A DNA stretch of 64,000 nt, taken from positions 43,596-107,595 of the forward strand of contig JACJXS010000015.1 of the NCBI GenBank assembly GCA_020636545.1, given 5' to 3'. The stretch's first letter is position 1. Every line of letters begins with the position of its first letter. Position numbers and translations under genes: made by a program. Under the pieces are notes generated by a model. It was given only the letters and a program-made list of their open reading frames with translations. It searched no databases and was not told the DNA's origin. The stretch is from Chitinophagales bacterium (GTDB lineage Bacteria > Bacteroidota > Bacteroidia > Chitinophagales > JADIYW01). Of this stretch, positions 22,586 to 31,949 are shown piece after piece.

Positions 22586-22963
22586 ATGGCAAGAATAGCG
22601 GGTATTGATTTACCAAAAAACAAAAGAGGCTTCATCGGGTTGACATACATTTATGGAATTGGTAGTTCAACTGCTGATTACATTTTAGAAAAAGCGAATG
22701 TAGATCGAATGAAGAAAGTTCATGAATGGAATGATGATGAACAAACTGCCATTCGTAATGTAATTTCTAATGAAATTAAAGTTGAAGGAGCTTTGCGTTC
22801 TGAAATCCAACTGAATATTAAACGCTTAATGGATATTGGTTCTTACAGAGGAATTAGACACCGTAAAGGTCTTCCTGTAAATGGACAAAGTACTAAACGT
22901 AACTCTAGAACTAGAAAAGGAAAACGTAAGACTGTAGCTGGAAAGAAAAAAGCAACTAAATAA
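22586..22963 (+). CDS. rpsM: 30S ribosomal protein S13
   Basis: [14 protein letters not shown].. matches S13. Confidence 0.97.
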   Translation: MARIAGIDLPKNKRGFIGLTYIYGIGSSTADYILEKANVDRMKKVHEWNDDEQTAIRNVISNEIKVEGALRSEIQLNIKRLMDIGSYRGIRHRKGLPVNGQSTKRNSRTRKGKRKTVAGKKKATK

Positions 22964-22987
22964 TCATAAATAAAATAACTGAAAGTA

Positions 22988-23377
22988 ATGGCTCAAGCTA
23001 AAAAACAAGTTAAGAAAAGAGTAGTTAAAGTAGAAGCAGAAGGTTTTGCTTATGTAAATGCTACTTTTAATAATATTATTATCTCTTTAACGAACAAACA
23101 AGGTCAGGTAATTTCTTGGAGTAGTGCTGGTAAAGGTGGATTTAGAGGTTCTAAAAAAAGTACACCTTACGCTGCTCAAGTTGCTGCACATGATGCAGGC
23201 CAAAAAGCTTATGATGCAGGATTGAGAAAAGTAGAAGTATTTGTTAAAGGACCAGGTGGTGGTAGAGAATCTGCTATCAGAACGATTGCTGCAACAGGTA
23301 TTGAAGTAACGGTAATTAGAGATGTTACACCTTTACCTCACAATGGTTGTCGTCCACCTAAAAAACGTAGAGTATAA
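22988..23377 (+). CDS. rpsK: 30S ribosomal protein S11
   Basis: ..[36 protein letters not shown] matches S11. Confidence 0.97.
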   Translation: MAQAKKQVKKRVVKVEAEGFAYVNATFNNIIISLTNKQGQVISWSSAGKGGFRGSKKSTPYAAQVAAHDAGQKAYDAGLRKVEVFVKGPGGGRESAIRTIAATGIEVTVIRDVTPLPHNGCRPPKKRRV

Positions 23378-23431
23378 TTTGATTTAAAATGTAGATGTTT
23401 TTTTAGACATTAGTAAAATATATAGTAAAAA

Positions 23432-24040
23432 ATGGCAAGATATACAGGACCTAGAACCAAAAAAGCGAGAACTTTCGGAGACGCAATTTATGGTTATGAC
23501 AAATCTTATGAGAAACGTAAATTTCCTCCAGGACAACACGGAAATGGTAGAAGACGTTCATCTCAATCTGAATATTCAATTCAGTTGAAAGAAAAACAAA
23601 AAGCTAAATACACTTATGGTGTTTTAGAAAGACAATTCTTGAAAACATTTAATGAAGCAGATAGAAAACACGGTATCACAGGTGAAAACTTAATGCGTTT
23701 ATTAGAACAAAGATTAGATAACACTGTTTATAGATTAGGATTTGCTCCAACTAGAAGTGCTGCTAGACAATTAGTTTCTCACAAACATATTACGGTTAAT
23801 GGTAGAATTTTAAATATTCCATCTTATACTGTAAAAGTAGGTGATGTAATTAGTGTTAGAGAAAAATCTAAAGATTTAGAGTTAGTTCAAGATACTTTAG
23901 CAACTGGTAGAGTAAAAAAATATACTTGGTTAGAATTGAATTCTGAAACTTTAGAAGGTAAATATGTTGAGTTGCCTAATAGAGATCAAATTCCTGAAAA
24001 TATCAAGGAGTTATTAATCGTCGAGTTATATTCTAAATAA
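23432..24040 (+). CDS. rpsD: 30S ribosomal protein S4
   Basis: MARYTGPRTKKAR.. with an S4 RNA-binding domain. Confidence 0.97.
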   Translation: MARYTGPRTKKARTFGDAIYGYDKSYEKRKFPPGQHGNGRRRSSQSEYSIQLKEKQKAKYTYGVLERQFLKTFNEADRKHGITGENLMRLLEQRLDNTVYRLGFAPTRSAARQLVSHKHITVNGRILNIPSYTVKVGDVISVREKSKDLELVQDTLATGRVKKYTWLELNSETLEGKYVELPNRDQIPENIKELLIVELYSK

Positions 24041-24081
24041 TTTTTACAAATAATATTTGTAAGTAAAATAAATAAAGTAAA

Positions 24082-25077
24082 ATGGCTATATTATCATTTC
24101 AAAAACCAGATAAAATCTTATTACAGAAAGCAACTGATTTTGAAGGTACATTTGAATTTGCACCTTTAGAACCAGGTTTTGGAAACACTGTAGGTAATGC
24201 TTTAAGAAGAGTTTTACTTTCTTCTTTAGAAGGTTATGCAATTACATCTGTGAAAATTTCGGGTGTTCAACACGAGTTTTCTACTATTAAAGGTGTTATT
24301 GAAGATGTTACTGAAATTATTCTTAACTTAAAACAAGTAAGATTAAAAAGAGTGCTTTCAGAAGCTGATGCAGGATTTGAAAAAGTATATATTTCTTTAA
24401 AAGGAAAAGACCAATTTGTTGCTGGTGATATTGTTGCTCATACCAATGTTTATGAGGTAACAAATCCAGAGTTAGTTATCTGTAATATGGATAAAAGCGT
24501 AAGCTTAGAATTGGAATTGACCATTGGAAAGGGTAGAGGATATGTTCCAGCTGAAGAACATTTTGTTGATTCTTCTGTTGTGGGTATTATTCCTGTTGAT
24601 TCAATCTATACACCAATTAAAAACGTTAAGTATAAAATCGAAAATACTCGTGTAGAGCAAAGAACTGACTTTGAGAAATTAATTATCGATATTAAAACTG
24701 ATGGTACTATTCATCCTGAAGATGCAATAAAAGAAGCTGCTAAGATTTTAATTCAACATTTAATCTTAGTTTCTGATGAGAATATTACATTTGAAACAGA
24801 AAGTAAACAACAAGAAGAAGTTGTTGATGAGCATATCTTACACATGAGAAAAATCTTAAAAACAAATTTAGAAGATATGGATTTATCAGTTAGAGCATTC
24901 AATTGCTTGAAAGCTGCTAAAATTAATTCATTATCTGAATTAGTTCAATATGATACTAACGAATTATTGAAATTTAGAAATTTCGGTCGTAAATCATTAG
25001 TAGAAATTGAAGAATTAATCATTGAGAAAGGTTTGCATTTTGGTATGGATTTATCTAAATTCAAACTAGAAGACTAA
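24082..25077 (+). CDS. rpoA: DNA-directed RNA polymerase alpha subunit
   Basis: NTD ..[14 protein letters not shown].. and CTD ..[14 protein letters not shown]... Confidence 0.97.
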   Translation: MAILSFQKPDKILLQKATDFEGTFEFAPLEPGFGNTVGNALRRVLLSSLEGYAITSVKISGVQHEFSTIKGVIEDVTEIILNLKQVRLKRVLSEADAGFEKVYISLKGKDQFVAGDIVAHTNVYEVTNPELVICNMDKSVSLELELTIGKGRGYVPAEEHFVDSSVVGIIPVDSIYTPIKNVKYKIENTRVEQRTDFEKLIIDIKTDGTIHPEDAIKEAAKILIQHLILVSDENITFETESKQQEEVVDEHILHMRKILKTNLEDMDLSVRAFNCLKAAKINSLSELVQYDTNELLKFRNFGRKSLVEIEELIIEKGLHFGMDLSKFKLED

Positions 25078-25110
25078 AATAAATATTAGAAATTAACTCG
25101 GTATAATATA

Positions 25111-25614
25111 ATGAGACACGGAAATAAAATTAATCATTTAGGTAGAACGTACGGACACAGAAGTGCTTTATTAAAGAATTTGTCAAATGCTTTGATTATG
25201 CACAAAAGAATTGAGACTACTTTAGCAAAAGCAAAAGAACTGAGAGTTTATGTTGAGCCTTTGATTTCAAAATCAAAAGATAATACAACACATTCTAGAA
25301 GAACTGCTTTTAGTAAATTACAAAATAAATATGCAGCTAAAGAATTATTTGATATAATTGGACCAAAAGTTGGTGAAAGACCTGGTGGTTATACAAGAAT
25401 TATTAAATTAGGTAAACGTTTAGGTGATAATGCAGAAATGGCTTTGATTGAATTAGTTGATTTTAACGAAATTTATTCTGCTAATAAATCTGCTCAAACT
25501 ACTACAGATACTAAAAAACGTACTAGAAGAGCAACTTCTAAAAAGAAACAAACTGAGGAAACTCAAGATGCTGTTGAATCAACTGAAACTCCAACAGAAA
25601 ACGCAGAAGCTTAA
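25111..25614 (+). CDS. rplQ: 50S ribosomal protein L17 (acidic/low-complexity C-terminal tail)
   Basis: [23 protein letters not shown].. matches L17. Confidence 0.96.
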   Translation: MRHGNKINHLGRTYGHRSALLKNLSNALIMHKRIETTLAKAKELRVYVEPLISKSKDNTTHSRRTAFSKLQNKYAAKELFDIIGPKVGERPGGYTRIIKLGKRLGDNAEMALIELVDFNEIYSANKSAQTTTDTKKRTRRATSKKKQTEETQDAVESTETPTENAEA

Positions 25615-25637
25615 GATGAAAATTAAGTTATATAATG

Positions 25638-25669
25638 AAAGGTTCGTATTTTTTACGAACCTTTTTTTT
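25638..25669 (+). terminator. Rho-independent terminator after rplQ
   Basis: Stem aaaggttcgta/tacgaaccttt, 5-nt loop, followed by a T run. Confidence 0.8.
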
Positions 25670-25676
25670 ATCTTTG
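25669..25676 (+). promoter_or_regulatory. Candidate -7 box (TAtcTTTG) for carA
   Basis: TAnnTTTG match 50 nt upstream of the carA ATG. Confidence 0.4.
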
Positions 25677-25725
25677 GTTTTGAATTATAATCAGTTCTCT
25701 TTTCAATTAAATAAATTCATTTTTA

Positions 25726-26820
25726 ATGCAAAAAGCAATATTATTATTAGAAGATGGCACACACTTCGAGGGTTTGGCATGTGGTAAAATTGGTACAACA
25801 ACTGGTGAATTATGTTTTACAACAACCATGACTGGATACCAAGAGATTTTTACCGACCCAAGTTATAATGGTCAGTTATTAATCTTGACAAATGTGCATT
25901 TGGGTAATTATGGAATTAAGGATAGTGAAACAGAATCTGATAAGATTCAGATTAATGGTATCATTTGCCGGGAGTTTACAAATAACTATTCTCGAGATCA
26001 AGCTAATTCAAATATTCAAAATTATTTTGAAGCTAATAATTTAGTGGGTATTACCAATATAGATACTCGTGCTATTGTGAATTACATCAGAGAAAAAGGA
26101 ACTATGAATGCAATTTTATCCTCTGAAACTGATGATATTGCAGTTCTAAAAGCTAAGTTGCAAAATGTTCCATCTATGGAAGGATTAGAATTAGCTTCAG
26201 TTGTGAGTACTAAAAATACCTACACAGTAGGTGATGAGTCATCTGCAAAGTATAGAATTGCTGCTTTGGATTTTGGAATTAAACGAAATATCCTTAATAA
26301 TTTTGTAAGTAGAAATGCCTTTGTAAAAGTGTTTCCAGCAAATACTTCTTATGCTGAAATGATGCAGTTTAATCCAGATGGCTTTTTCATTTCTAATGGT
26401 CCTGGCGACCCAGCTGTTATGGATTATGCTGTAAAAACCATTCAAGAAATTTTGGAACATAATCACCCAATTTTTGGAATATGTTTAGGTAATCAAATTT
26501 TAGCTAGAGCAATTGGTGTCCCTACCTATAAATTACATCATGGTCATAGAGGTGGTAATCATCCAGTAAAAAATTTAATTACAGGTAAATGTGAAACTAC
26601 CACTCAAAATCATGGTTTTGCTGTTGATGCGGATATTTTAAAACAATCACCATTGGCAGAATTAACACATATCAATTTAAACGACAATACAGTTGAAGGA
26701 TTTAGAGTAAAAGGGAAAAATGCTTTTGCAGTTCAATATCACCCTGAAAGTTCTCCTGGTCCACATGATTCTCGTTATTTGTTTGATGAGTTTTTTGCTA
26801 TGATAGATAACGCTAAATAG
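25726..26820 (+). CDS. carA: Carbamoyl-phosphate synthase small (glutaminase) subunit
   Basis: N-terminal CPSase small-chain domain and a class-I GATase triad context (..GICLGNQ.., ..VQYHPE..). No carB is adjacent. Confidence 0.93.
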   Translation: MQKAILLLEDGTHFEGLACGKIGTTTGELCFTTTMTGYQEIFTDPSYNGQLLILTNVHLGNYGIKDSETESDKIQINGIICREFTNNYSRDQANSNIQNYFEANNLVGITNIDTRAIVNYIREKGTMNAILSSETDDIAVLKAKLQNVPSMEGLELASVVSTKNTYTVGDESSAKYRIAALDFGIKRNILNNFVSRNAFVKVFPANTSYAEMMQFNPDGFFISNGPGDPAVMDYAVKTIQEILEHNHPIFGICLGNQILARAIGVPTYKLHHGHRGGNHPVKNLITGKCETTTQNHGFAVDADILKQSPLAELTHINLNDNTVEGFRVKGKNAFAVQYHPESSPGPHDSRYLFDEFFAMIDNAK

Positions 26821-26850
26821 TTTTCATATTTGTACTAAATTCTATAAATT

Positions 26851-26881
26851 AAAAAGCCCAATCGGTAAGATTGGGCTTTTT
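26851..26881. terminator. Bidirectional terminator hairpin between carA (+) and a lipoprotein gene (-)
   Basis: aaaaagcccaatc-ggtaa-gattgggcttttt, with A and T runs on the two sides. Confidence 0.8.
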
Positions 26882-26890
26882 GAATTTTAC

Positions 26891-27187
26891 TTAAACTGGA
26901 ATATTACATTTTTCAGTAATCAAGTCTTTTAAATATTCATAGTCTGTATTATCTATAGCTTTAGTCTCTTTACATTCTTTATATATTTGATCTAATTGCT
27001 TATTTAATTCATCACAAGGGACATAGTCAGAAGCTCTTTCTAGATTATAATTATGTCTTATTTGAGGATCTAATGCTTTTATTTTATTTATACAACTTTT
27101 AGCTACGGTACAATCTTTTTTTACATGCACCAATTAAAATTGTAAATATGATTAAAATACTTACAACATTTTTTTTAAAGTTTTCAT
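26891..27187 (-). pseudogene. Small Cys-rich lipoprotein gene, paralog of 27219-27488, disrupted by two homopolymer frameshifts
   Basis: The ATG at 27187 (MKTLKK) and the mature part (KKDCTVAKSC.., 26891-27133) share a frame but are separated by three stops. The lipobox signal peptide NVVSILIIFTILIGAC sits in another frame, bounded by A8 (27169-27176) and A7 (27116-27122). Confidence 0.6.
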
Positions 27188-27218
27188 AAGCAGTTTTTTT
27201 ATTAGTAGTTAATTTTTG

Positions 27219-27488
27219 TTACCCTTGACAGTGATTATCAATGTCTGATTTGATATTATTAAAATCATTTTCTTTGAAAACGCCTTTATTACCACACTCG
27301 TCTTTGAGTTTTTGTAATTCAGTATTAACGTCATTGCATGAAGGACCATTTTCACTCCAAATTTTATCTATATTATCTTCAAGAACTCTAAGCTGCTTTA
27401 AATATTGATTTTTGATGTTTACCTCATCACAATCTTTTTTACAAGCATTTTGTGCTAATGCTATTATAGTAATAAATACCATAACCAT
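27219..27488 (-). CDS. Small secreted Cys-rich lipoprotein, unknown function
   Basis: MVMVFITIIALAQNAC|KKDC.. has a lipobox and four further Cys. The ORF-track start at 27560 is a TTG; the ATG at 27488 or 27482 is more likely. Confidence 0.55.
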   Translation of the reverse strand: MVMVFITIIALAQNACKKDCDEVNIKNQYLKQLRVLEDNIDKIWSENGPSCNDVNTELQKLKDECGNKGVFKENDFNNIKSDIDNHCQG

Positions 27489-27593
27489 TATTTTTTTAAT
27501 GTTTCTATAATTTGAATATTTAATTAATTCAACGTTAATTAAAGTTAGTTTAAAATGCAAATTTTTTTTAAAAATATTATGACTAAAGTATTA

Positions 27594-27626
27594 CAAAAAA
27601 AGTCCTCCATTTTGGAGGACTTTTTT
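27594..27626 (-). terminator. Terminator hairpin downstream of rplY
   Basis: agtcctcc-atttt-ggaggact flanked by A7 and T6. Confidence 0.8.
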
Positions 27627-27645
27627 GAATATAATAAAAGATTTT

Positions 27646-28236
27646 TTATTTCTTTTTAGCCGCACTTGCTGCTGCAGTTGCTGCACTTCTTAATGCTCTT
27701 GGTATTTCAATAGAAGCTAATGGTATTGAAGCTGAGTTCAAAATTTGGAATCCTTGTTCAGGTAAATCCTTAACTTTAATGGATTGACCTAATTTTAAAG
27801 GTGTAATATCTACTTCAATTACATCTTTTAATGTTTCTGCAGTAGCTCTAACTTTTAGTTTTCTAACTTTAACTAATAATTTACCACCTTCTTTAACACC
27901 TGCAGATGTTCCTACAATCTTAATTGGAATTTCAGCAAATATAGTTGCACCAGGAATTAATTTTATAAAATCTAAGTGTAAGATTTCATCTGTTACTGGA
28001 TGCGTTTGCACATCTTTCAATAATGCTTCAGATGTTGTTCCGTTAATATCTACAATAACTTTGTAGAAATTTGGCGTGAATAATAAAGGGCGCAAAGAAC
28101 TCATAGTAGATGTGAAATGCACCACCTCGTTTCCCGCATACATAACACAAGGTACATTGCCATTCTTTCTGTCTGCTTTTGTGGCTTTTTTTCCTACCTC
28201 TGTTCTAGCTTGTCCGCTAATGGTAATTGTTTGCAT
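27646..28236 (-). CDS. rplY: 50S ribosomal protein L25 / general stress protein Ctc
   Basis: The ATG at 28236 gives MQTITISGQARTEVGKKATKADRKNGNVPCVMYA... The ORF-track extension to 28311 overlaps prs. This is the classical prs-ctc arrangement. Confidence 0.92.
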   Translation of the reverse strand: MQTITISGQARTEVGKKATKADRKNGNVPCVMYAGNEVVHFTSTMSSLRPLLFTPNFYKVIVDINGTTSEALLKDVQTHPVTDEILHLDFIKLIPGATIFAEIPIKIVGTSAGVKEGGKLLVKVRKLKVRATAETLKDVIEVDITPLKLGQSIKVKDLPEQGFQILNSASIPLASIEIPRALRSAATAAASAAKKK

Positions 28237-28243
28237 AATTTTT

Positions 28244-29185
28244 TTACTTTTTTTGAATAAATAATGAATTAATTGATCGGTACTCATGAGCATTTCTAAT
28301 TGCCTTAGCAAAAAGTGGTGCGACAGAAAGTACTTTTATTTTCTCGCTTTGCTGTTTCAATGGTATGGTATCACAAACCACTAATTCTTGCAATGCTGAT
28401 TTTTCTATTCTTTCATAAGCTTTCCCAGATAAAACAGGGTGCGTAATTAAAGCTCTGACACTCTTTGCACCGCTTTCCATAATTAAATTAGCAGCTGTGC
28501 ATAATGTGCCACCTGTATCTATCAAGTCATCAACTAGAATTACATTTTTTCCTTCTACATTTCCAATCAAACGCATTGATTCGATTTCATTATGCTTAGT
28601 TCTAAATTTATCGCAAATAACTAAATCTGCATTAAATTGTAAAGCATAACTTCTTGCTCTTTTGGTGCTGCCTACATCTGGTGATGCAAACATCAAATCC
28701 TCTAATTCTAAACTTTTTACATAAGGAGCAAAAATTGCAGAAGCATCTAAATGGTCCACAGGAATATCGAAAAAACCTTGAATTTGAGGAGCATGTAAAT
28801 CCATAGTCATTACTCTTTGAGCACCTGCTGCAACTAATAAATTGGCTACCAATTTTGCACCGATAGCAACTCTAGGTTTGTCTTTTCTGTCTTGTCTAGC
28901 TAAACCAAAATAAGGTAATACAGCAACGATATAACCAGCGGAAGCTCTTTTTGCAGCATCTAACAACAATAATAGTTCCATTAAGTTATCTGATGGAGCA
29001 AATGTTGATTGAATACAAAATAAAAATGAACCTCTTACCGATTCTTGAATGACAGGCTCAAACTCTCCATCTGAAAATCGCATAACTTCAACAGGTGTTA
29101 AGTCCTGACCATAACTTTCTGCAATTTTCTCTGCTAAATAGTGTGTTGCTTCGCCTGAAATTAATTTGGAATCTGAAATAGTCAC
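28244..29185 (-). CDS. prs: Ribose-phosphate pyrophosphokinase
   Basis: ..RFSDGEF.., ..YFGLARQDRK.., and PRPP-binding loop ..VILVDDLIDTGGTL... GTG start. Confidence 0.94.
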   Translation of the reverse strand: MTISDSKLISGEATHYLAEKIAESYGQDLTPVEVMRFSDGEFEPVIQESVRGSFLFCIQSTFAPSDNLMELLLLLDAAKRASAGYIVAVLPYFGLARQDRKDKPRVAIGAKLVANLLVAAGAQRVMTMDLHAPQIQGFFDIPVDHLDASAIFAPYVKSLELEDLMFASPDVGSTKRARSYALQFNADLVICDKFRTKHNEIESMRLIGNVEGKNVILVDDLIDTGGTLCTAANLIMESGAKSVRALITHPVLSGKAYERIEKSALQELVVCDTIPLKQQSEKIKVLSVAPLFAKAIRNAHEYRSINSLFIQKK

Positions 29186-29199
29186 CGCTATATTTTTTG

Positions 29200-29207
29200 C
29201 AAAGATA
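29200..29207 (-). promoter_or_regulatory. Candidate -7 box (TAtcTTTG on the minus strand) for prs
   Basis: Consensus match 15 nt upstream of the GTG start, which would imply a very short leader. Confidence 0.35.
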
Positions 29208-29346
29208 GTGTCTTTTTTTTTATTTCCTATTATAGATATAATTAATTAATGTTTACCCTATTTTTCTATTTGTAATTGATTTCCATATCTTAGAATTTGG
29301 ATAATATTAAATAATCTATACCTATTTTTATTTTATTTTCTGACCC

Positions 29347-31110
29347 ATGAAAATTCGCTACATTTGTAAAAACAAGTTAGCGATGTCAGTTGATGAAAAT
29401 AAACAAAATCAGATTTCTGGAGCAGAAGCCGTTATTCGTTCATTAGTAGCCGAAGGTGTTGATTTAATATATGGTTATCCAGGTGGTGCGATTATGCCTA
29501 TATATGATGCTCTTTGGCATTATATGGATAAAATAAACCATGTTTTAACACGACATGAGCAAGGTGCTACACATGCTGCCGAAGGTTATGCTCGTGTAAG
29601 TGGAAAACCTGTTGTTGTTTTTGCAACGTCTGGTCCTGGGGCAACAAATTTAATTACAGGTATTGCTGATGCCGTAATGGATTCAACGCCTATGGTTTGT
29701 ATCACAGGTCAAGTACCAAAACATTTATTAGGAACTGATGCCTTTCAAGAAACTGATGTGATTGGTGTTACTATGCCAATAGTTAAATGGAATTACCAAG
29801 TAACTAATGCTGCTGAAATACCAAGTGTAATTGCAAAAGCTTTTTATCTTGCAAATAGTGGAAAGCCAGGTCCTGTTTTGATTGATATTACAAAAAATGC
29901 CCAATTCGAGATGATGGATTGGAATGCTTATGAAAAATGTAATTCAGTGAGAGGTTATGAAGATAAACCAAGACTCAATATTGATAAAATTACGGAAGCA
30001 GCTGCTTTAATAAATCAAGCTAAAAAACCATTGATTTTAGCTGGTCAAGGTGTTGGAATTTCTAAGGCTCGTGAAATATTAGAGACTGTTTCAACTAAAA
30101 CGGGCATTCCTGTTGCGACAACTATGCAAGGCTTAGGTACAATTAGTCCTGCTCATCCAAACTTTGTAGGGATTCCAGGTATGCACGGAAATTATTCAGT
30201 GAATATCAAAATGAATGAGTGCGATGTTATGATTGCCGTAGGTATGCGTTTTGATGACAGAGTAACTGGTGATGTGAAAAAGTTTGGTAAACAAGCTAAA
30301 GTAATTCATATTGAAATTGACCCAGTTGAAATAGATAAAGTAGTTAAAACGGAAGTAGGTGTTTTGGCTGATGCAAAAGAAGCCTTAGAAGCTTTATTAC
30401 CTTTATTGAATGACAATAAGCATACAGAATGGATTAATACTTTTAAAGAATTAGATAAACAAGAACAAGAAAAAGTGATTCAACCTGCTATTCATCCAAA
30501 TGCTGGAGGTATAAAAATGGGTGAAATTATGCATTTGATAAATGAAAAAACTAAGGGCAATGCAATTATTGTACCTGATGTTGGACAGCATCAAATGTAT
30601 GCAATGCGATACTATGACTATAACAATACAAACTCATGGGTAAGTAGTGGCGGTTTAGGTACTATGGGCTTTGCGTTGCCTGCTGCAATTGGTGCTCAAA
30701 TGGCAGCACCAGATAGAACTGTAGTAGCAATTATTGGCGATGGGTGTTTCCAAATGACGATACAAGAATTAGGTACAATATGGCAAAATAAATTACCTAT
30801 CAAAACAGTAATTTTTAATAATAATTACCTAGGTATGGTACGTCAATGGCAACAATTATTCTTTGATAAAAGATACTCTTCAGTTGCATTAACCAATCCT
30901 GATTTTGTGGCTATTTCTAAAGGGTTTGGTATCGAAGCTACAAAAGTAGATTTGAGAGCAAATTTAAGCAAAGCCTTAGATATTATGTTTGCACACGATG
31001 GTCCTTATGTATTAGAAGTTACTTGCGAAAAAGAAGAAAATTTGTTTCCAATGGTGCCAAGTGGTGCTGCTTGTAGCGATGTAATTTTAGAACCTACTAA
31101 GAAAATTTAA
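29347..31110 (+). CDS. ilvB: Acetolactate synthase large subunit-like ThDP enzyme
   Basis: ..HEQGATHAAEGYARVSGKP..ATSGPGATNL..GTDAFQE.. and ThDP motif ..GDGCFQM..NN... The start could instead be the ATG at 29383 (MSVDENK). No ilvN or ilvC is nearby. Confidence 0.85.
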   Translation: MKIRYICKNKLAMSVDENKQNQISGAEAVIRSLVAEGVDLIYGYPGGAIMPIYDALWHYMDKINHVLTRHEQGATHAAEGYARVSGKPVVVFATSGPGATNLITGIADAVMDSTPMVCITGQVPKHLLGTDAFQETDVIGVTMPIVKWNYQVTNAAEIPSVIAKAFYLANSGKPGPVLIDITKNAQFEMMDWNAYEKCNSVRGYEDKPRLNIDKITEAAALINQAKKPLILAGQGVGISKAREILETVSTKTGIPVATTMQGLGTISPAHPNFVGIPGMHGNYSVNIKMNECDVMIAVGMRFDDRVTGDVKKFGKQAKVIHIEIDPVEIDKVVKTEVGVLADAKEALEALLPLLNDNKHTEWINTFKELDKQEQEKVIQPAIHPNAGGIKMGEIMHLINEKTKGNAIIVPDVGQHQMYAMRYYDYNNTNSWVSSGGLGTMGFALPAAIGAQMAAPDRTVVAIIGDGCFQMTIQELGTIWQNKLPIKTVIFNNNYLGMVRQWQQLFFDKRYSSVALTNPDFVAISKGFGIEATKVDLRANLSKALDIMFAHDGPYVLEVTCEKEENLFPMVPSGAACSDVILEPTKKI

Positions 31111-31129
31111 TATTTTTAAATAGAAGTTT

Positions 31130-31160
31130 AAAGCCTCATTGTCCAACAATGAGGCTTTTT
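31130..31160. terminator. Bidirectional terminator between ilvB (+) and an oxidoreductase gene (-)
   Basis: aaagcctcattg-tccaa-caatgaggcttt followed by T's. Confidence 0.8.
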
Positions 31161-31174
31161 CTTTAGGCCTTGTT

Positions 31175-31831
31175 TTATTTTACGTTCAATAATAAATCAT
31201 TAGTCAAAATTTGTACTTTGGGGTTAGCTTGTTTGCTGTAAAATAGCATTGCTTTGGCAACTTGTTTACCTTCGATTGCTTTATATTTTTTAAAGCCACC
31301 AATTAGTAATTGATTGAAAATTGGAGCTATTTTTTGTCCGATATTTTCTCCAAACCTTTTTTCAGAACGTTCGCCTAATAATAAACTTGGTTGTATAATT
31401 TGCAGTTGCTTAAAGTCTAATTGAATAAGGGCATCTTGAATTTCTCCTTTTACTCTATTGTAAAAAATAGACGAATTTTTATCAGCTCCTAATGCTGTAA
31501 TGATACTAAAATTTTCAGCTCCATTTTTTTTAGCAATTTGTGCAATTGCTAAGGGATATTCATAATCTACTTTTTTAAAAGCTTCTTGAGAGCCTGCTTT
31601 TTTTATGGTAGTTCCTAAGCAACAATAAATATATTGAGCATTAATCTCCGAAGCATAATTTTCTAATTGATTGAAATCTACAATAATTTCTTTAAGCTTT
31701 TGGTGTTGTATATTTATAGTTTTCCTACTCAAAATAATTACACTTGAAAAATAATTATCGGCCAACAAAAGTTGTAACAGTTCAGAGCCAACTAAGCCTG
31801 TCGCACCGACTAATAATGCAGTTCTATTCAT
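31175..31831 (-). CDS. NAD(P)H-binding (atypical SDR-like) oxidoreductase
   Basis: N-terminal Rossmann motif LLVGATGLVGSELL. 218 aa. Confidence 0.7.
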   Translation of the reverse strand: MNRTALLVGATGLVGSELLQLLLADNYFSSVIILSRKTINIQHQKLKEIIVDFNQLENYASEINAQYIYCCLGTTIKKAGSQEAFKKVDYEYPLAIAQIAKKNGAENFSIITALGADKNSSIFYNRVKGEIQDALIQLDFKQLQIIQPSLLLGERSEKRFGENIGQKIAPIFNQLLIGGFKKYKAIEGKQVAKAMLFYSKQANPKVQILTNDLLLNVK

Positions 31832-31949
31832 CTTCTTTTTAATTTATCTCAAATATAATTATATTAAGCGGAATGTATTGTTTGGTAACGTTTTGTTTTA
31901 AAAATTGTTTATATATTTCCTATCTTGCATTTTTTAATCTTTTGATTTT

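Noticed and set aside
25457-25690. 77-aa plus-strand ORF overlapping the rplQ tail and terminator
   Set aside because: It is an alternative frame of the low-complexity L17 C-terminus and runs through the terminator hairpin.
19579-28311. N-terminal extensions in the ORF track for rplO (19579), infA (22198) and rplY (28311); the same applies to the DUF4105 gene (46941) and the DUF1573 gene (50205)
   Set aside because: The extensions overlap upstream genes or begin at non-ATG codons. Internal ATGs give the canonical N-termini or signal peptides, so those starts were used.
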